A stretch of DNA of 64,000 nt from a virus. Its lineage: Duplodnaviria > Heunggongvirae > Uroviricota > Caudoviricetes. The DNA is taken from the IMG/VR virus record IMGVR_UViG_3300033463_000003; one strand, written 5' to 3'. This document shows, in pieces, positions 17,345-27,244 of this stretch; position 1 is the first letter of the stretch, and each line of letters opens with the position of its first letter. The notes beneath the pieces were generated by a model that made no database searches, was not told the origin of the DNA, and saw only the letters and a program-made list of their open reading frames with translations. The translations under genes were made by a program, and so were the position numbers.

Positions 17345-17674
17345 ATGATCATGATTATCAATAAAGTATATGACCAAGATTTAGTGAACTTGTTAGGATG
17401 TACAGACTTACCAACATTCATCAACAAGTCAACTGAAGAAATAGAAGAATACATTGACACACATGAATTACGCAGATCGAATCTAATTCCTGTTGTTTAT
17501 ACTTATAGTGGAAAGATGTTAGCAAGCGTTGATGCTACAGCAGTCGGTAAGGTACTTGGTCTGGATTATAAAATTAAAGAAGAAGATACACTAAGCACAG
17601 TTACAAATTTAAAAGCGGTAGCTTACATGGATCCAGATGTTGTGCCGATGAATAGTTTAGTAAGAATGATTTAA
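17345..17674 (+). CDS. hypothetical protein (109 aa)
   Basis: ORF. Confidence 0.5.
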   Translation: MIMIINKVYDQDLVNLLGCTDLPTFINKSTEEIEEYIDTHELRRSNLIPVVYTYSGKMLASVDATAVGKVLGLDYKIKEEDTLSTVTNLKAVAYMDPDVVPMNSLVRMI

Positions 17675-17704
17675 AAATATATTATGTAAAGGAGCGAAGA
17701 TAGA

Positions 17705-18040
17705 ATGTTAAGTTTAGAAAAAGAAAATAGTTGGTTAATTAATTTTTTAAAAGAGTCAGGATACAGAAGAATAAAGTCAGACGATTCAGATAGCATATTA
17801 TATTTTAAAAGCTTTAGTGATGAAACTCGTGTTGGCGGCGGCGTTATGGTCTACTCTAACATAAAAGAAAATAGAGTTAAAGTTATGGCAAAATATCCAG
17901 CTAACTTAAACTTCGAACTTGGATATACTACTGCAGAAGATGTCGAGAACTATTTACAGCTAGTTCGTACGATCAGCTGGGATATAAATGCAGAAGTATA
18001 TAGAGTAGTGAACAGTTGTAATAGAAGACTTGTGGAATAG
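17705..18040 (+). CDS. hypothetical protein (111 aa)
   Basis: ORF with an AAGGAG RBS. Confidence 0.5.
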   Translation: MLSLEKENSWLINFLKESGYRRIKSDDSDSILYFKSFSDETRVGGGVMVYSNIKENRVKVMAKYPANLNFELGYTTAEDVENYLQLVRTISWDINAEVYRVVNSCNRRLVE

Positions 18041-18065
18041 AATAAAGAATAAAATAAAAGAATAA

Positions 18066-18098
18066 AGAGCATATATAGAAATGTATATGTTCTTTTTT
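18066..18098 (+). terminator. Rho-independent terminator (agagcatatata gaaa tgtatatgttct tttttt)
   Basis: Stem-loop followed by a U-run. Confidence 0.55.
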
Positions 18099-18227
18099 AT
18101 TACCCGTTTTAAAGCATAGATGGGCATATATAAACACCTATGTCTATATTTTAGTAGTATATATAGGCTTTAAAAGTAGAAGATAGGCTATAGATCTGGC
18201 ATATATAAGCTAAAAAAGGCCTATACT

Positions 18228-18245
18228 GGACTAGTGAAAAAACCC
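18228..18245. repeat. Half-motif gGACTAGTGAAAAAA (copy 8)
   Basis: Partial member of the same family. Confidence 0.35.
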
Positions 18246-18420
18246 ATATTTTTGGAGCAGGGGGGTACTTTTCTACGCCTCACTGACTGAGCAAGAGAGA
18301 GCCCCTTTTTCATACGCGCCCGCGCCTGCACGCATGTATGTATACGTATAAAGTGAGTAGCAAAATGAATAGCAAGATTTTATGGCTTTTACTGTATAAT
18401 ATATTAAGGAGCTTTTATAT

Positions 18421-18630
18421 ATGCGATTAGAAGATGGAACTTTATATGTAAATAAAAAAGAATATGACTTAGTTAGAAGATGGAATTGGATAGCTAGTCC
18501 TTATAATGCAGGCTTATATCTATATCATCATTTAAAGCGTGAAGGTATTATTATGGAATGGAATGCAATTTTCTTTAGGGATATTTACATGGCGTTTAGA
18601 AGAAAGAAAGTTATTATAGAGGAAATTTAG
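18421..18630 (+). CDS. hypothetical protein (69 aa)
   Basis: ORF with an AAGGAG RBS. A TGTATAATAT promoter lies at about 18395. Confidence 0.5.
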   Translation: MRLEDGTLYVNKKEYDLVRRWNWIASPYNAGLYLYHHLKREGIIMEWNAIFFRDIYMAFRRKKVIIEEI

Positions 18631-18631
18631 T

Positions 18632-18844
18632 ATGGAAGTATATATTGTTATTCATAGAGCGACAGAAATTATTTATACGAACTCAGATGATTGGGATGAC
18701 GATGATAATGACTATGAAGTTGAAACTGATCATGTAGAAGCAGTTTTTATTAGTAAGGATAAAGCTGAAAAATATATTAAAGAGCATGAAGATGAATGCT
18801 ATGCTTTAGATTATCTTTTTGTTGAGGAATGGAAGGTAGAATAA
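18632..18844 (+). CDS. hypothetical acidic protein (70 aa)
   Basis: ORF. Confidence 0.5.
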   Translation: MEVYIVIHRATEIIYTNSDDWDDDDNDYEVETDHVEAVFISKDKAEKYIKEHEDECYALDYLFVEEWKVE

Positions 18845-18846
18845 TT

Positions 18847-19350
18847 ATGGAAAAACTAAAACTTTTAAAAGACTATATGGATGATGTGGCTATTGGCTGT
18901 GTGTTTACATTTATGTTTGATGTAGATGAAGAGCATGATGATAATGGCTGACTGCATCAATATTCTTGTAATAGCTCTGAAGATTTTGTTGTTAAATATG
19001 GAACTGTTAAGCAGCATATATTAACTGACTATTATGTAGAAAGAGTTAATACTATCCATTCTTCTAACGACCAGGGAATTGATGAAGTTCTTATTCTTGT
19101 CGATAAAAAGAAATATGACTATGATAATGAACCTGTTACTTTTACTCCTGTCCAACATAAAATAATCAATAAATATTACGCTGCCACTTCTGACGTCTTA
19201 GTTGGTAATGCTGTTATTATGGATACTGGCAGCGGTTGGAATGCTATGGAAGAAATTGTTTCAAGAATTAATAAGTTAAGCCCCGAAGATAAGAATAAGA
19301 TTAGAAGTATCTTTTTAGGCTATAACTATAAGAAATATGTAAAGGATTAA
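18847..19350 (+). CDS. hypothetical protein (167 aa) containing one in-frame TGA at 18946
   Basis: The frame stays open from the ATG at 18847 through the TGA to the TAA at 19348. This is the first TGA-containing gene after the early module. Confidence 0.5.
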
Positions 19351-19354
19351 TTAT

Positions 19355-19873
19355 ATGCCAAAAGTAGATTTAACGCTTAAAAATGCAAATGAATTAAATA
19401 TTGACTTATCTTCTTTTCATAGGCCAGATTATAAGTGGAAGAATTATTATATTGAGGATACAGAGCAAAACTTATTATTCTTAGTTCCTTCTTATCTTAA
19501 ATATGGTGTTATTGTTTTAGACTTAACTCTTGCCAAAGCTGCTTCATTTACTACTAAGGATGGGGCTGTTCATATGCTAAAAGATTATGCCTGGGGTATT
19601 TCTTCTAATGTAAGGCGAACTAATTATCCTAAAACGACCGTAACTGATAGAAGTATTAAATGTGGAAGAAGGACTATTTTACTTAATTCTATTCTTCTTG
19701 ACCATAATGAAATAATTGACCCAGAAGGAAGATATGCTATTACTCACTTAAATGGCAATACTTATGATAATCGTTTATGTAATCTTGCCTGGGGAAACTT
19801 AAAAGAAAATAATAATAAAAAATATACTGCTGGGATTTCTGAAGTTAAATATCCTTTCAAAACCTGGTGGTAG
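19355..19873 (+). CDS. HNH homing-endonuclease-like protein (172 aa)
   Basis: ITHLNGNTYDNRLCNLAWGNLKEN matches the HNH_3 motif (H-x-N-G-x-x-x-D-N-R-x-x-N-L). Confidence 0.55.
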   Translation: MPKVDLTLKNANELNIDLSSFHRPDYKWKNYYIEDTEQNLLFLVPSYLKYGVIVLDLTLAKAASFTTKDGAVHMLKDYAWGISSNVRRTNYPKTTVTDRSIKCGRRTILLNSILLDHNEIIDPEGRYAITHLNGNTYDNRLCNLAWGNLKENNNKKYTAGISEVKYPFKTWW

Positions 19874-19905
19874 AGCGTTGTATAATATATTGAGGTAATT
19901 TGTTT

Positions 19906-20823
19906 ATGAGCCAATGGACACATATTAGAGGTGGACTTGAATTAGTCAGCACCCCATACGAAATGAAGAAAATGCCTAAATCTTTAGTTGAGCCAAAAAG
20001 AGAAGACTTTGAAACTGATGAAGCTTTTGAAGAAGCTCATGATAAGTATAGATGGGAAGAAAGAAAGCTTTACTATTTTCCATACCCAGAAGAACAATTT
20101 AAACTTTCTATGCCACTCCCTGCTACTACATATACTTGGCATGGAAAAGATAGAAAGAATAGAAAAGAGCATAAGAGTATTGATTTTAGAGCTTATATTT
20201 ATTCTTTACCACGTGCTAGAAAGTATATTGAAGAGGCCTTTAAACTTATGCCACAAGGTGAATTAGGCTTTAGATATTCAGTGGACCAAAAAGTTTATGA
20301 CAGCAGCTCTTCTTCAAGCGGCTTCTGGATGCCTTGTGAATATAAAGCTTATCAAGATGCTATTACAAGAATGTATAAGCATGAACATTATTGGAGTAAT
20401 TATACTTATGAAGATTTACGTAAGTATTTCTATATTGATGAAGAATGCTCAGTTGATAATGTTAACCATATTTTAATTGGTATTAGAGACGATATTAGAT
20501 ATTGCTCTGCCACTGATGTTCAAGAAGGCTTAGAAAAAGTTTTTAAGTATTTTGAAGATAATGGTATTAGTGTTGAAGATGGTTATTTAGAGTGGCAAGA
20601 TGAGTATGATCCAGACCATATTTATGCTTGGAGAAATAGTAGGCTAAGTTTTGGTATTAGTCATCAATTTATGACTTTAGATAAAAAAACTAATAAAGTT
20701 ATTCATTCTAAAACATGGGCAGTCAAACGTGATGAAAATGGCAAAAGAATGCATGACGAAAACTGGAATGATATTTGGGAAGTAGCCGAAAAAGATGGCC
20801 CATATTTTGATAAAGAGGACTAA
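19906..20823 (+). CDS. hypothetical protein (305 aa)
   Basis: ATG at 19906 downstream of a TGTATAATAT promoter. The track ORF started at a TTG codon at 19900. Confidence 0.55.
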   Translation: MSQWTHIRGGLELVSTPYEMKKMPKSLVEPKREDFETDEAFEEAHDKYRWEERKLYYFPYPEEQFKLSMPLPATTYTWHGKDRKNRKEHKSIDFRAYIYSLPRARKYIEEAFKLMPQGELGFRYSVDQKVYDSSSSSSGFWMPCEYKAYQDAITRMYKHEHYWSNYTYEDLRKYFYIDEECSVDNVNHILIGIRDDIRYCSATDVQEGLEKVFKYFEDNGISVEDGYLEWQDEYDPDHIYAWRNSRLSFGISHQFMTLDKKTNKVIHSKTWAVKRDENGKRMHDENWNDIWEVAEKDGPYFDKED

Positions 20824-20880
20824 AACTACTGTTTTTCTATTGTATATTATAGTAAGAGTATTGAAAGGAAAAATTAAAAA

Positions 20881-22167
20881 ATGATTAGAGCACTATTATT
20901 TGTATTATTCTTCATTCTTTTATTTGGAGCTATTGGATTAGCTATTTTCTTTGGCGTCAAAGTTTATAGAAAAAATGTTGATGCCGTAGATGATATTAGA
21001 AATATTAAATCTAAATATGAACATAACTCCTGGGGAATGTCAAAAGAAGAAAAAGCACAAGCACAAGCACAATGTGAATTAGCAATTAAAGATTATAAAG
21101 CGGCTCACCCAGTTAGAAAAGGTGGATTACTTGCTGCTATTATTACTTCTGTTGCTATGCTTGGTTTAGTTATTACAATTCCTGGTTCATTCCATCAAGT
21201 TGAAGCTGGTACTTATTCTGTCGTTAAAGAAGTTGGTAAAATTGTTGATATTCGTACTCCTGGTACATACTTTGATTTCTATGTCACCAGAAAATATGAA
21301 ACCTATGATGCAACAGTTCAACAAGTCAAGATTAATACAGCAGCATATTCACATGATGCTCAAACAATGGACCTTGAAGTTTATCTTCAATACCAAATTC
21401 AATTAGATAAACTTATTGTAAAAGATGATAAAGGAAATATTATTCAAACAGAAGGTATTGCTGGTAAATATGTAACTATTGAATCTTTACAAGCACGTAT
21501 TGAAACACAAACTATCGAAAAAACAAAAGCTGTTATGTCTGCAGAGCATTTTTATGATAAAGATCCAGAAACAGGCCTTTACCCAATAAATGATTTTGCA
21601 ATGACAGGTGAAAATATTATTAGACACAGAGCTGACGTTTCTAATAAAGTTTCAGAAGTAGTTAGAGCTGCTATTGGTGATGATTATTATGTTATTGTTC
21701 AAGATGTTGTTTTAACTAATATTGATTTCACAGATGAGTTTGAAAAGTCTGTTGAAAATAAAGTTATTGAAGAACAAAATAAGATTGCAGCAGAAACAAA
21801 AGCAGCTGCAGAAGCAGAAGTTGCTAAAATTAAAGCTGAGGCAGAAAAAACTGTTGCTGAAATTGAAGCTGAAAAGAAAATTATTGAAGCAAATGCAGAT
21901 GCAGCGGTTGTTAAAATTGCAGCTGATGCTGCTGCTAAAGCTACTGTTGCTCGTATTGTTGAGTTAGCAAGGACCGTTGGTTTTACAGTTAATGAAACAG
22001 AAACTGGTTATGAAATTATATTTGATGCAATTCATACAGAAGAAATGTTTAAATCTATTGTAGAAGATTACATTAAATATCTTGAATACCTTGAACAATG
22101 GAATGGCGAGCTCCCACAAGTTGTTGCTGGTGATGATGCTGTTAGTATTATTGTTCCTAATAATTAA
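20881..22167 (+). CDS. SPFH/band-7 (prohibitin/flotillin/HflK-like) membrane protein (428 aa)
   Basis: N-terminal TM helix. The SPFH core reads VEAGTYSVVKEVGKIVDIRTPGTYF...VQQVKINTAAYSHDAQTMDLEV. This is followed by DFTDEFEKSVENKVIEEQNKIAAE and an Ala/Glu/Lys coiled coil, as in HflK/C. Confidence 0.65.
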   Translation: MIRALLFVLFFILLFGAIGLAIFFGVKVYRKNVDAVDDIRNIKSKYEHNSWGMSKEEKAQAQAQCELAIKDYKAAHPVRKGGLLAAIITSVAMLGLVITIPGSFHQVEAGTYSVVKEVGKIVDIRTPGTYFDFYVTRKYETYDATVQQVKINTAAYSHDAQTMDLEVYLQYQIQLDKLIVKDDKGNIIQTEGIAGKYVTIESLQARIETQTIEKTKAVMSAEHFYDKDPETGLYPINDFAMTGENIIRHRADVSNKVSEVVRAAIGDDYYVIVQDVVLTNIDFTDEFEKSVENKVIEEQNKIAAETKAAAEAEVAKIKAEAEKTVAEIEAEKKIIEANADAAVVKIAADAAAKATVARIVELARTVGFTVNETETGYEIIFDAIHTEEMFKSIVEDYIKYLEYLEQWNGELPQVVAGDDAVSIIVPNN

Positions 22168-22187
22168 TAGTTAAAAATCTTATAATT

Positions 22188-22214
22188 AAAGCACTTTTCT
22201 AAAAAGTGCTTTTT
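22188..22214 (+). terminator. Rho-independent terminator (aaagcactttt ctaa aaagtgcttttt)
   Basis: Perfect 11-bp stem followed by a U-run. Confidence 0.65.
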
Positions 22215-22220
22215 ATTTTA

Positions 22221-22231
22221 TGCTAAATTAA
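22221..22231 (+). promoter_or_regulatory. Late-class motif TGCTAAATTAA, followed by a 145-nt leader
   Basis: One of 11 TGCTAAATTA sites. Confidence 0.45.
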
Positions 22232-22376
22232 ACAATATTTCCATGTTGCGACATGCGAGTATGCTGAGTTTAGACATTAGTATTAGGCCTGTCCGCCTAA
22301 GGCATTACTTGTGGGATTGCCACGAAAAACTGAATTGTTTTTTCTTTACTGCGGTAAGGATAGAAAGGCGAAACTT

Positions 22377-23246
22377 ATGAAAAAGTTTTTAAAATCATTG
22401 TTAGTACTCTTCGCTGCGGCAGGACTAACAGGTTGTAGTTTGTCAGATATTACTAGTAAATTTCATAAATCAGAAGAACCAACCTCAGAAGTTCAACCAT
22501 CAGAAGAAGCACCATCATCAGAAGAACAACCTTCTGAACCATCACAACCATCAGAGCCATCTGAACCAAGTGAACCATCTGAACCAAGCGAACCAGAGAC
22601 AGATCCAGTTTTAGTTTCTATTTCTGTTAGTGGTGAATTTAAAGTTGTATATAAAGTTGGTGAAGAATTTAGCTCAGAAGGTATCGTTGTTACTGCACAC
22701 TTTGATAAGGGTGAAGATCAAGATGTTTCATCTGAAGCATCATTTAGTGGTTTTGATTCATCAGCAGTTGCAGAAGAACAAGCTATTACTGTCTCATTTG
22801 AGGGAAAAGAAGCATCATTTATTATCAGTATTGTAGCACATTCTATTGAAGAAATTGTTGCGGATATTGAATCATCATTTGGTGTATCATTTACTGAAGA
22901 TGCTGGTGAATACTTCGCTGGATTCTATCGTGCAGCAAGTTCTGCTGATGCTGAAGCTTACCCAGACAATGCAGATGAAAACACTCTTTTAAGTATTGCT
23001 AGCTTTGTTGCTTCATACTGTCCAGAATATTTAGTTGTTTATGACTATTGGTTTTATGATGGTATTGTAACTTTAGAAATGGCAGATGAAGAAAAGAAAG
23101 AGCATGATTTCTGGGGTGATGAAGATGGTTCAACAGCTCTTGAAGCCTATTTACTTAATGAAGATTCATCAATTTTTATTGATATCATTGCTTACTGCTA
23201 TAATGGCTATCCATGTTTTGGAATTGATATCTACTCACTTATTTAA
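22377..23246 (+). CDS. Lipoprotein with a Pro/Ser/Glu repeat linker (289 aa)
   Basis: Signal peptide MKKFLKSLLVLFAAAGLTGC with an LTGC lipobox. (SEP) repeats. RBS ggataGAAAGG. The track ORF started earlier at 22311. Confidence 0.65.
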   Translation: MKKFLKSLLVLFAAAGLTGCSLSDITSKFHKSEEPTSEVQPSEEAPSSEEQPSEPSQPSEPSEPSEPSEPSEPETDPVLVSISVSGEFKVVYKVGEEFSSEGIVVTAHFDKGEDQDVSSEASFSGFDSSAVAEEQAITVSFEGKEASFIISIVAHSIEEIVADIESSFGVSFTEDAGEYFAGFYRAASSADAEAYPDNADENTLLSIASFVASYCPEYLVVYDYWFYDGIVTLEMADEEKKEHDFWGDEDGSTALEAYLLNEDSSIFIDIIAYCYNGYPCFGIDIYSLI

Positions 23247-23325
23247 TTAGAAAAGTACTAACAAGCAAAAAGTCTATCTTTTATAGGGTAGGCTTTTTAT
23301 TTTTCAGCTTATATTTGCTAAATTA

Positions 23326-23336
23326 TTTGATAGTTC
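23326..23336 (+). promoter_or_regulatory. Late-class motif TGCTAAATTAT
   Basis: Motif family. Confidence 0.45.
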
Positions 23337-23362
23337 GAGTTTAAAGAAAAGGAAAAGTAGCT

Positions 23363-25912
23363 ATGACAAAATTTAAACCAGGTGATGTAGTAAGAATAGA
23401 GCCAAAATGATTAGACGTTGGTGAAGATCCTAATACTGATTATATTGTATTAGAAGATTTAACTGATGAAGTTTTTGCTGATGGCAGAGTTAAAATAATG
23501 ACAAAAGCTGAAAATATGGTTTTCCCATCTGTTTCAGAAGTTTCTTATGATATGGTTTATAAAATTGGTCATGTTAATATTGGCGCTGATGGTTTAACTG
23601 AAGATGTTAGACTTACATTAGATCCAAGTATTCATAATGGTGAAGAATTTTTTGAACCAATGGATATTAATATAGAAAATGCTCGTATTATTTATGAAAA
23701 TGTTAAAAAAGGCTATGATAAGATTGTATTAGTTGCTCTTGAAAGTGGCCCAAATGATTTATTCAAAAAAAGAAAAGCACTTTCTTGGCTTTTAATTGCT
23801 ATTGTTTTAAAATTTGATCATGTTATTGCTTTATTAAAAGAGTTTATGCTAAATGAACTTAACATTTCTTTAGATGAACTAAAAAGGCTTATTAAAGAAT
23901 GTACTCATGATAAAGCAATTACAGATAGACTTGTTGAGGTTAAACATGCTATTTTTGGTGAGCCTCTTGAAGATGAAGAAGATACTAGCCAAACACAACA
24001 ACCAACCCAACAAAGTAGCGGTACAAAAGCTGCTAATGCTGGTGTAACAAATATGGGGGTTGATCCAAGTAAAAACTTCTGTAGACTAGTTGTTTATGAT
24101 GATGGCTATAGTTATCCAGTAAGACGTCATTTATATGTTAGCAAAAAAGTTGGTAATACTTATGCTATTACAGTTGGTGGTTCACAATTAGCACCAAGTC
24201 ATGACTGGTGGGATGAGCCATTATTTGATAGCTTGCCACAAGCTTTAAATTTTATTCATAATGTAAATCAAACTAACATTAAAACTGTAGTTGATACTCG
24301 TAATTTTAAATATAATGTTACAAGCAAGCCAATTGATTTAGGTTATAGGGATGCAAATGGAAATAAAGTTCAAATTGTTGATTTAAGTGATTCTGTTTTA
24401 GTTGATACTGCTTGTGGTCCAGCTTATATTCAACGTAAAAATAAAAAATGTGTTGAAAGTTTAACTGAAGAGCTTTGGCCAAAAGAACATAATGAAACAA
24501 CTGTAGAATATTTTGAAACAAACGAAGTTATGAAAGCAAAAGTCAAAGATTGGCTTGCTGCTGAAAAGCCTTGTGAATACCAAATTGAAAATATTCCAGA
24601 AGATTTAACCTGGGAAGAAGTTATTAATGCTTATAAAGAAGGCAAAGAACCAAGGGGCGGATTACATCTTGACACTGAACCAAGGGAATATGTTTGGCAA
24701 AGAGCTGGCGAGTTATATTATTTACAAACAGGTGAATTTTTAGACGCCGACTTTGAAAGAGTATATAAAGAAAAAAGAACTGACCTTCAAACACCAGAAG
24801 AAAAAGTTGAAGGCGAAAAAATGTTAATGATAACTAAGCCAGGTATTCCCGAAGATGAAGCCGCGGTTGAAGAACCAGTAGAAGAGACTTTGGTAGAAGC
24901 TAAAGAAGAAAACTTAGAAGAAAAAGTTAGAAAAATTGTTAAAAGTTTCTTTAGTGAAGATAAATCCAAAATGAGCATCTTAGAATATGATAATGGCTAT
25001 GATGGATTTGTTGAAACTTTTGGCGAAGATGAAAATGGGCATCATGATGTAATTGATTTTGGTGTTTTTACCTATAATGATTTGTCAGATGAAGATATTG
25101 AAAAAGGTAAACCTGTTATTACTTTCTTACTTTCAGGTGGCTTAAATGGTTCAGGGGACTGAAAAGATTATTTAAGTGATATCTCAGATTTATTTAAAGA
25201 ATTTGAAGATAAATTAAATTTACATGCTATTATTTATAAAGCTAATACTGATATTGCTGATGATGTTTGAACTGCTGAAGTTTTACTTTACATTGATAGA
25301 GATGAAGTTAAAGAAAGTCTAAATGAAGACTTAATTGTTGTTGAGCCTTTTGAAGCTAAGGAAAAATTAGAGGAAATTAAAGCTCAAATTGAAGAAGCTA
25401 AAGACTGAAAAGTCCGCAAAAACCTATTAACTTTAATGAATATCTATTTATTCCAAACAATCTATGAAGCAGATCATCAAGAAGAAAGAAATTGTAATAT
25501 CAATAAAGATGAATGGGATGAATACTCTGATTGGCACACAGAACAGGCTGAAGAACTTTATGATGAACACCCAGAACTTGAAAAAGAAGATAAAGAAAGA
25601 GAAGCTAAAATTGAAGCCTCTATGGAAGATGCTGGTTCAGAAGAAACTGAAGAACATGAAGAATTAGAAGAAGATTTAATTTCAGACTATAATTATGCAG
25701 TTTGGTGTGAGGCTGGTTATGAATTCTGTTTCTACATCTTATCTAAAGCAAATTCTGAGCTAGAGGCAGAAAAAGAAGTCAAACAAGCTCACCCAGAATA
25801 TGATGTCTATTGGGCTAGAGCATTAACACCTGAAGAAAAGGCCACTAATAAGATTTTAGAAGGTGTTGGTAGCCTCACAGAAATATATAATGATTTAAAT
25901 GAAGGGAAATAA
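23363..25912 (+). CDS. Large acidic hypothetical protein (about 850 aa) with four in-frame TGA codons
   Basis: Track ORFs 23498-25162 and 25436-25912, plus the intervening stretches, share one frame with no TAA or TAG between them. ATG at 23363 preceded by ggaaaag. Confidence 0.6.
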
Positions 25913-25915
25913 TTT

Positions 25916-26323
25916 ATGGATTGGCAAACAGGATTAGCAATAGGGGCATTAGTTGTATCAATTGCATCAGCAGTATTTACATTTATATCTGCAATTAGGG
26001 TTGCGAAGATAAGTCATGTTAAAGATTTACATGAGTATGAAAAGAAAATCACTTATTTTGAGCTTCAATTTAAAGATGAAATGTGGCTATATGATTTATT
26101 TAAAAATGATGAATTCCACAAATATAATTATAAAAGTCAAAAAAGAATTTTAAAGTGGTGGAAAAAATATCAAGAAACTCATCCAACTATTTTATTAGAT
26201 AAAGAAGTAGAGTTTAATAAGCATTTAATTAGTATGTGTATCGGCCCAGAAGCTATTATGAAAAAAGAAAAAGAGCTTAAAGATAAAGAAAAAGGTAAAG
26301 ATGACGGCTCACTTGACTGGTAG
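25916..26323 (+). CDS. N-terminally membrane-anchored protein (135 aa)
   Basis: TM helix LAIGALVVSIASAVFTFISAI. C-terminal half rich in Lys and Glu. Confidence 0.5.
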   Translation: MDWQTGLAIGALVVSIASAVFTFISAIRVAKISHVKDLHEYEKKITYFELQFKDEMWLYDLFKNDEFHKYNYKSQKRILKWWKKYQETHPTILLDKEVEFNKHLISMCIGPEAIMKKEKELKDKEKGKDDGSLDW

Positions 26324-26328
26324 GAAAA

Positions 26329-27015
26329 ATGATTAGTAATATTGTTTGAAATGATTATGAAATGCATGATTTTTTTGCAGAGTGTGCTGAATATGTGCAA
26401 GAAAATATTGCAAAAAAGTTTAATATTAAGCTAGAATTAAAAGATATTCGTGATAGTGTTTCATGAAGTCAACTTACAGCTTATGTTGCAATAAATGATA
26501 CTGATGTTTTATTATGCTCTATTACTTATGCTAGCTTAGAAATAAAAACAGGTATTAAGTCAGATAGTCTAGTGCTTAATTTAGATAATATGCCAGCTGC
26601 TGCAAGAGCAAGTTTAAAAGATTTTGTCTGTGGTAAGATTTGGGAGGAAGTAAAGCATAGTCAAGAGTTATGACGAGTTATATTTAATTTAATCAGGAAA
26701 AATTGGAACCACCAAGTTATAGCTAGAATGTGTGATACTTGTGCTGATATTATTTATAACAATCGTGGTATTAATGTTAATTATGCAAAGCTTGGTTTAG
26801 AAGATGACGGTTATGAAGCTTTCTTTGCAGTTGATTCAGATATATTTATGGTGCCACTTCATTATGTAGATATTGTAATGGCTATCTTTCCAGATGTTCA
26901 AGTAGAAGATGACTTAGTTTGATTTGATGAAATTGACTTAAGTTCATTAACTAAAGAACAACAAATATCATTAGGTAAATATATAATTCAAGCCATCTGA
27001 ACAATCTTAAAATAA
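26329..27015 (+). CDS. hypothetical protein (228 aa) with five in-frame TGA codons
   Basis: One frame stays open from the ATG at 26329 to the TAA at 27013. It incorporates track ORF 26728-26922. This is the highest TGA density in the window. Confidence 0.5.
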
Positions 27016-27088
27016 TAAAAATTGTTAAAAAAGGTATACAAAAATAAGGTATATCTTTTTTATTTTATTGTATAATATTATGGATATT

Positions 27089-27244
27089 ATGACCCCAAAA
27101 GAAAGATTAATTAGATACTTTAATTTATCAAGCAGACGTTCAAAATTAACAGTGGACGAATTTCATGAACTACTACATTTGGAAGAAGCTTTAGTAGATG
27201 ATATAGATGAATTAATAAAATTGCAAAGGGAGGACAAGCAGTAA
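27089..27244 (+). CDS. hypothetical small protein (51 aa)
   Basis: Downstream of a TGTATAATAT promoter. Its stop overlaps the next ATG. Confidence 0.35.
   Translation: MTPKERLIRYFNLSSRRSKLTVDEFHELLHLEEALVDDIDELIKLQREDKQ

Noticed and set aside
7870-18420. tRNA genes, including a hoped-for suppressor tRNA, in the GC-rich non-coding islands and in 1228-1442 or 22230-22376
   Set aside because: No segment could be folded by eye into a cloverleaf with a 7-bp acceptor stem and a GTTCRANYC T-loop. The ttcgattcc at about 1290 lacks a matching stem. No anticodon-loop context for UCA was found. A proper tRNAscan run is still advisable.
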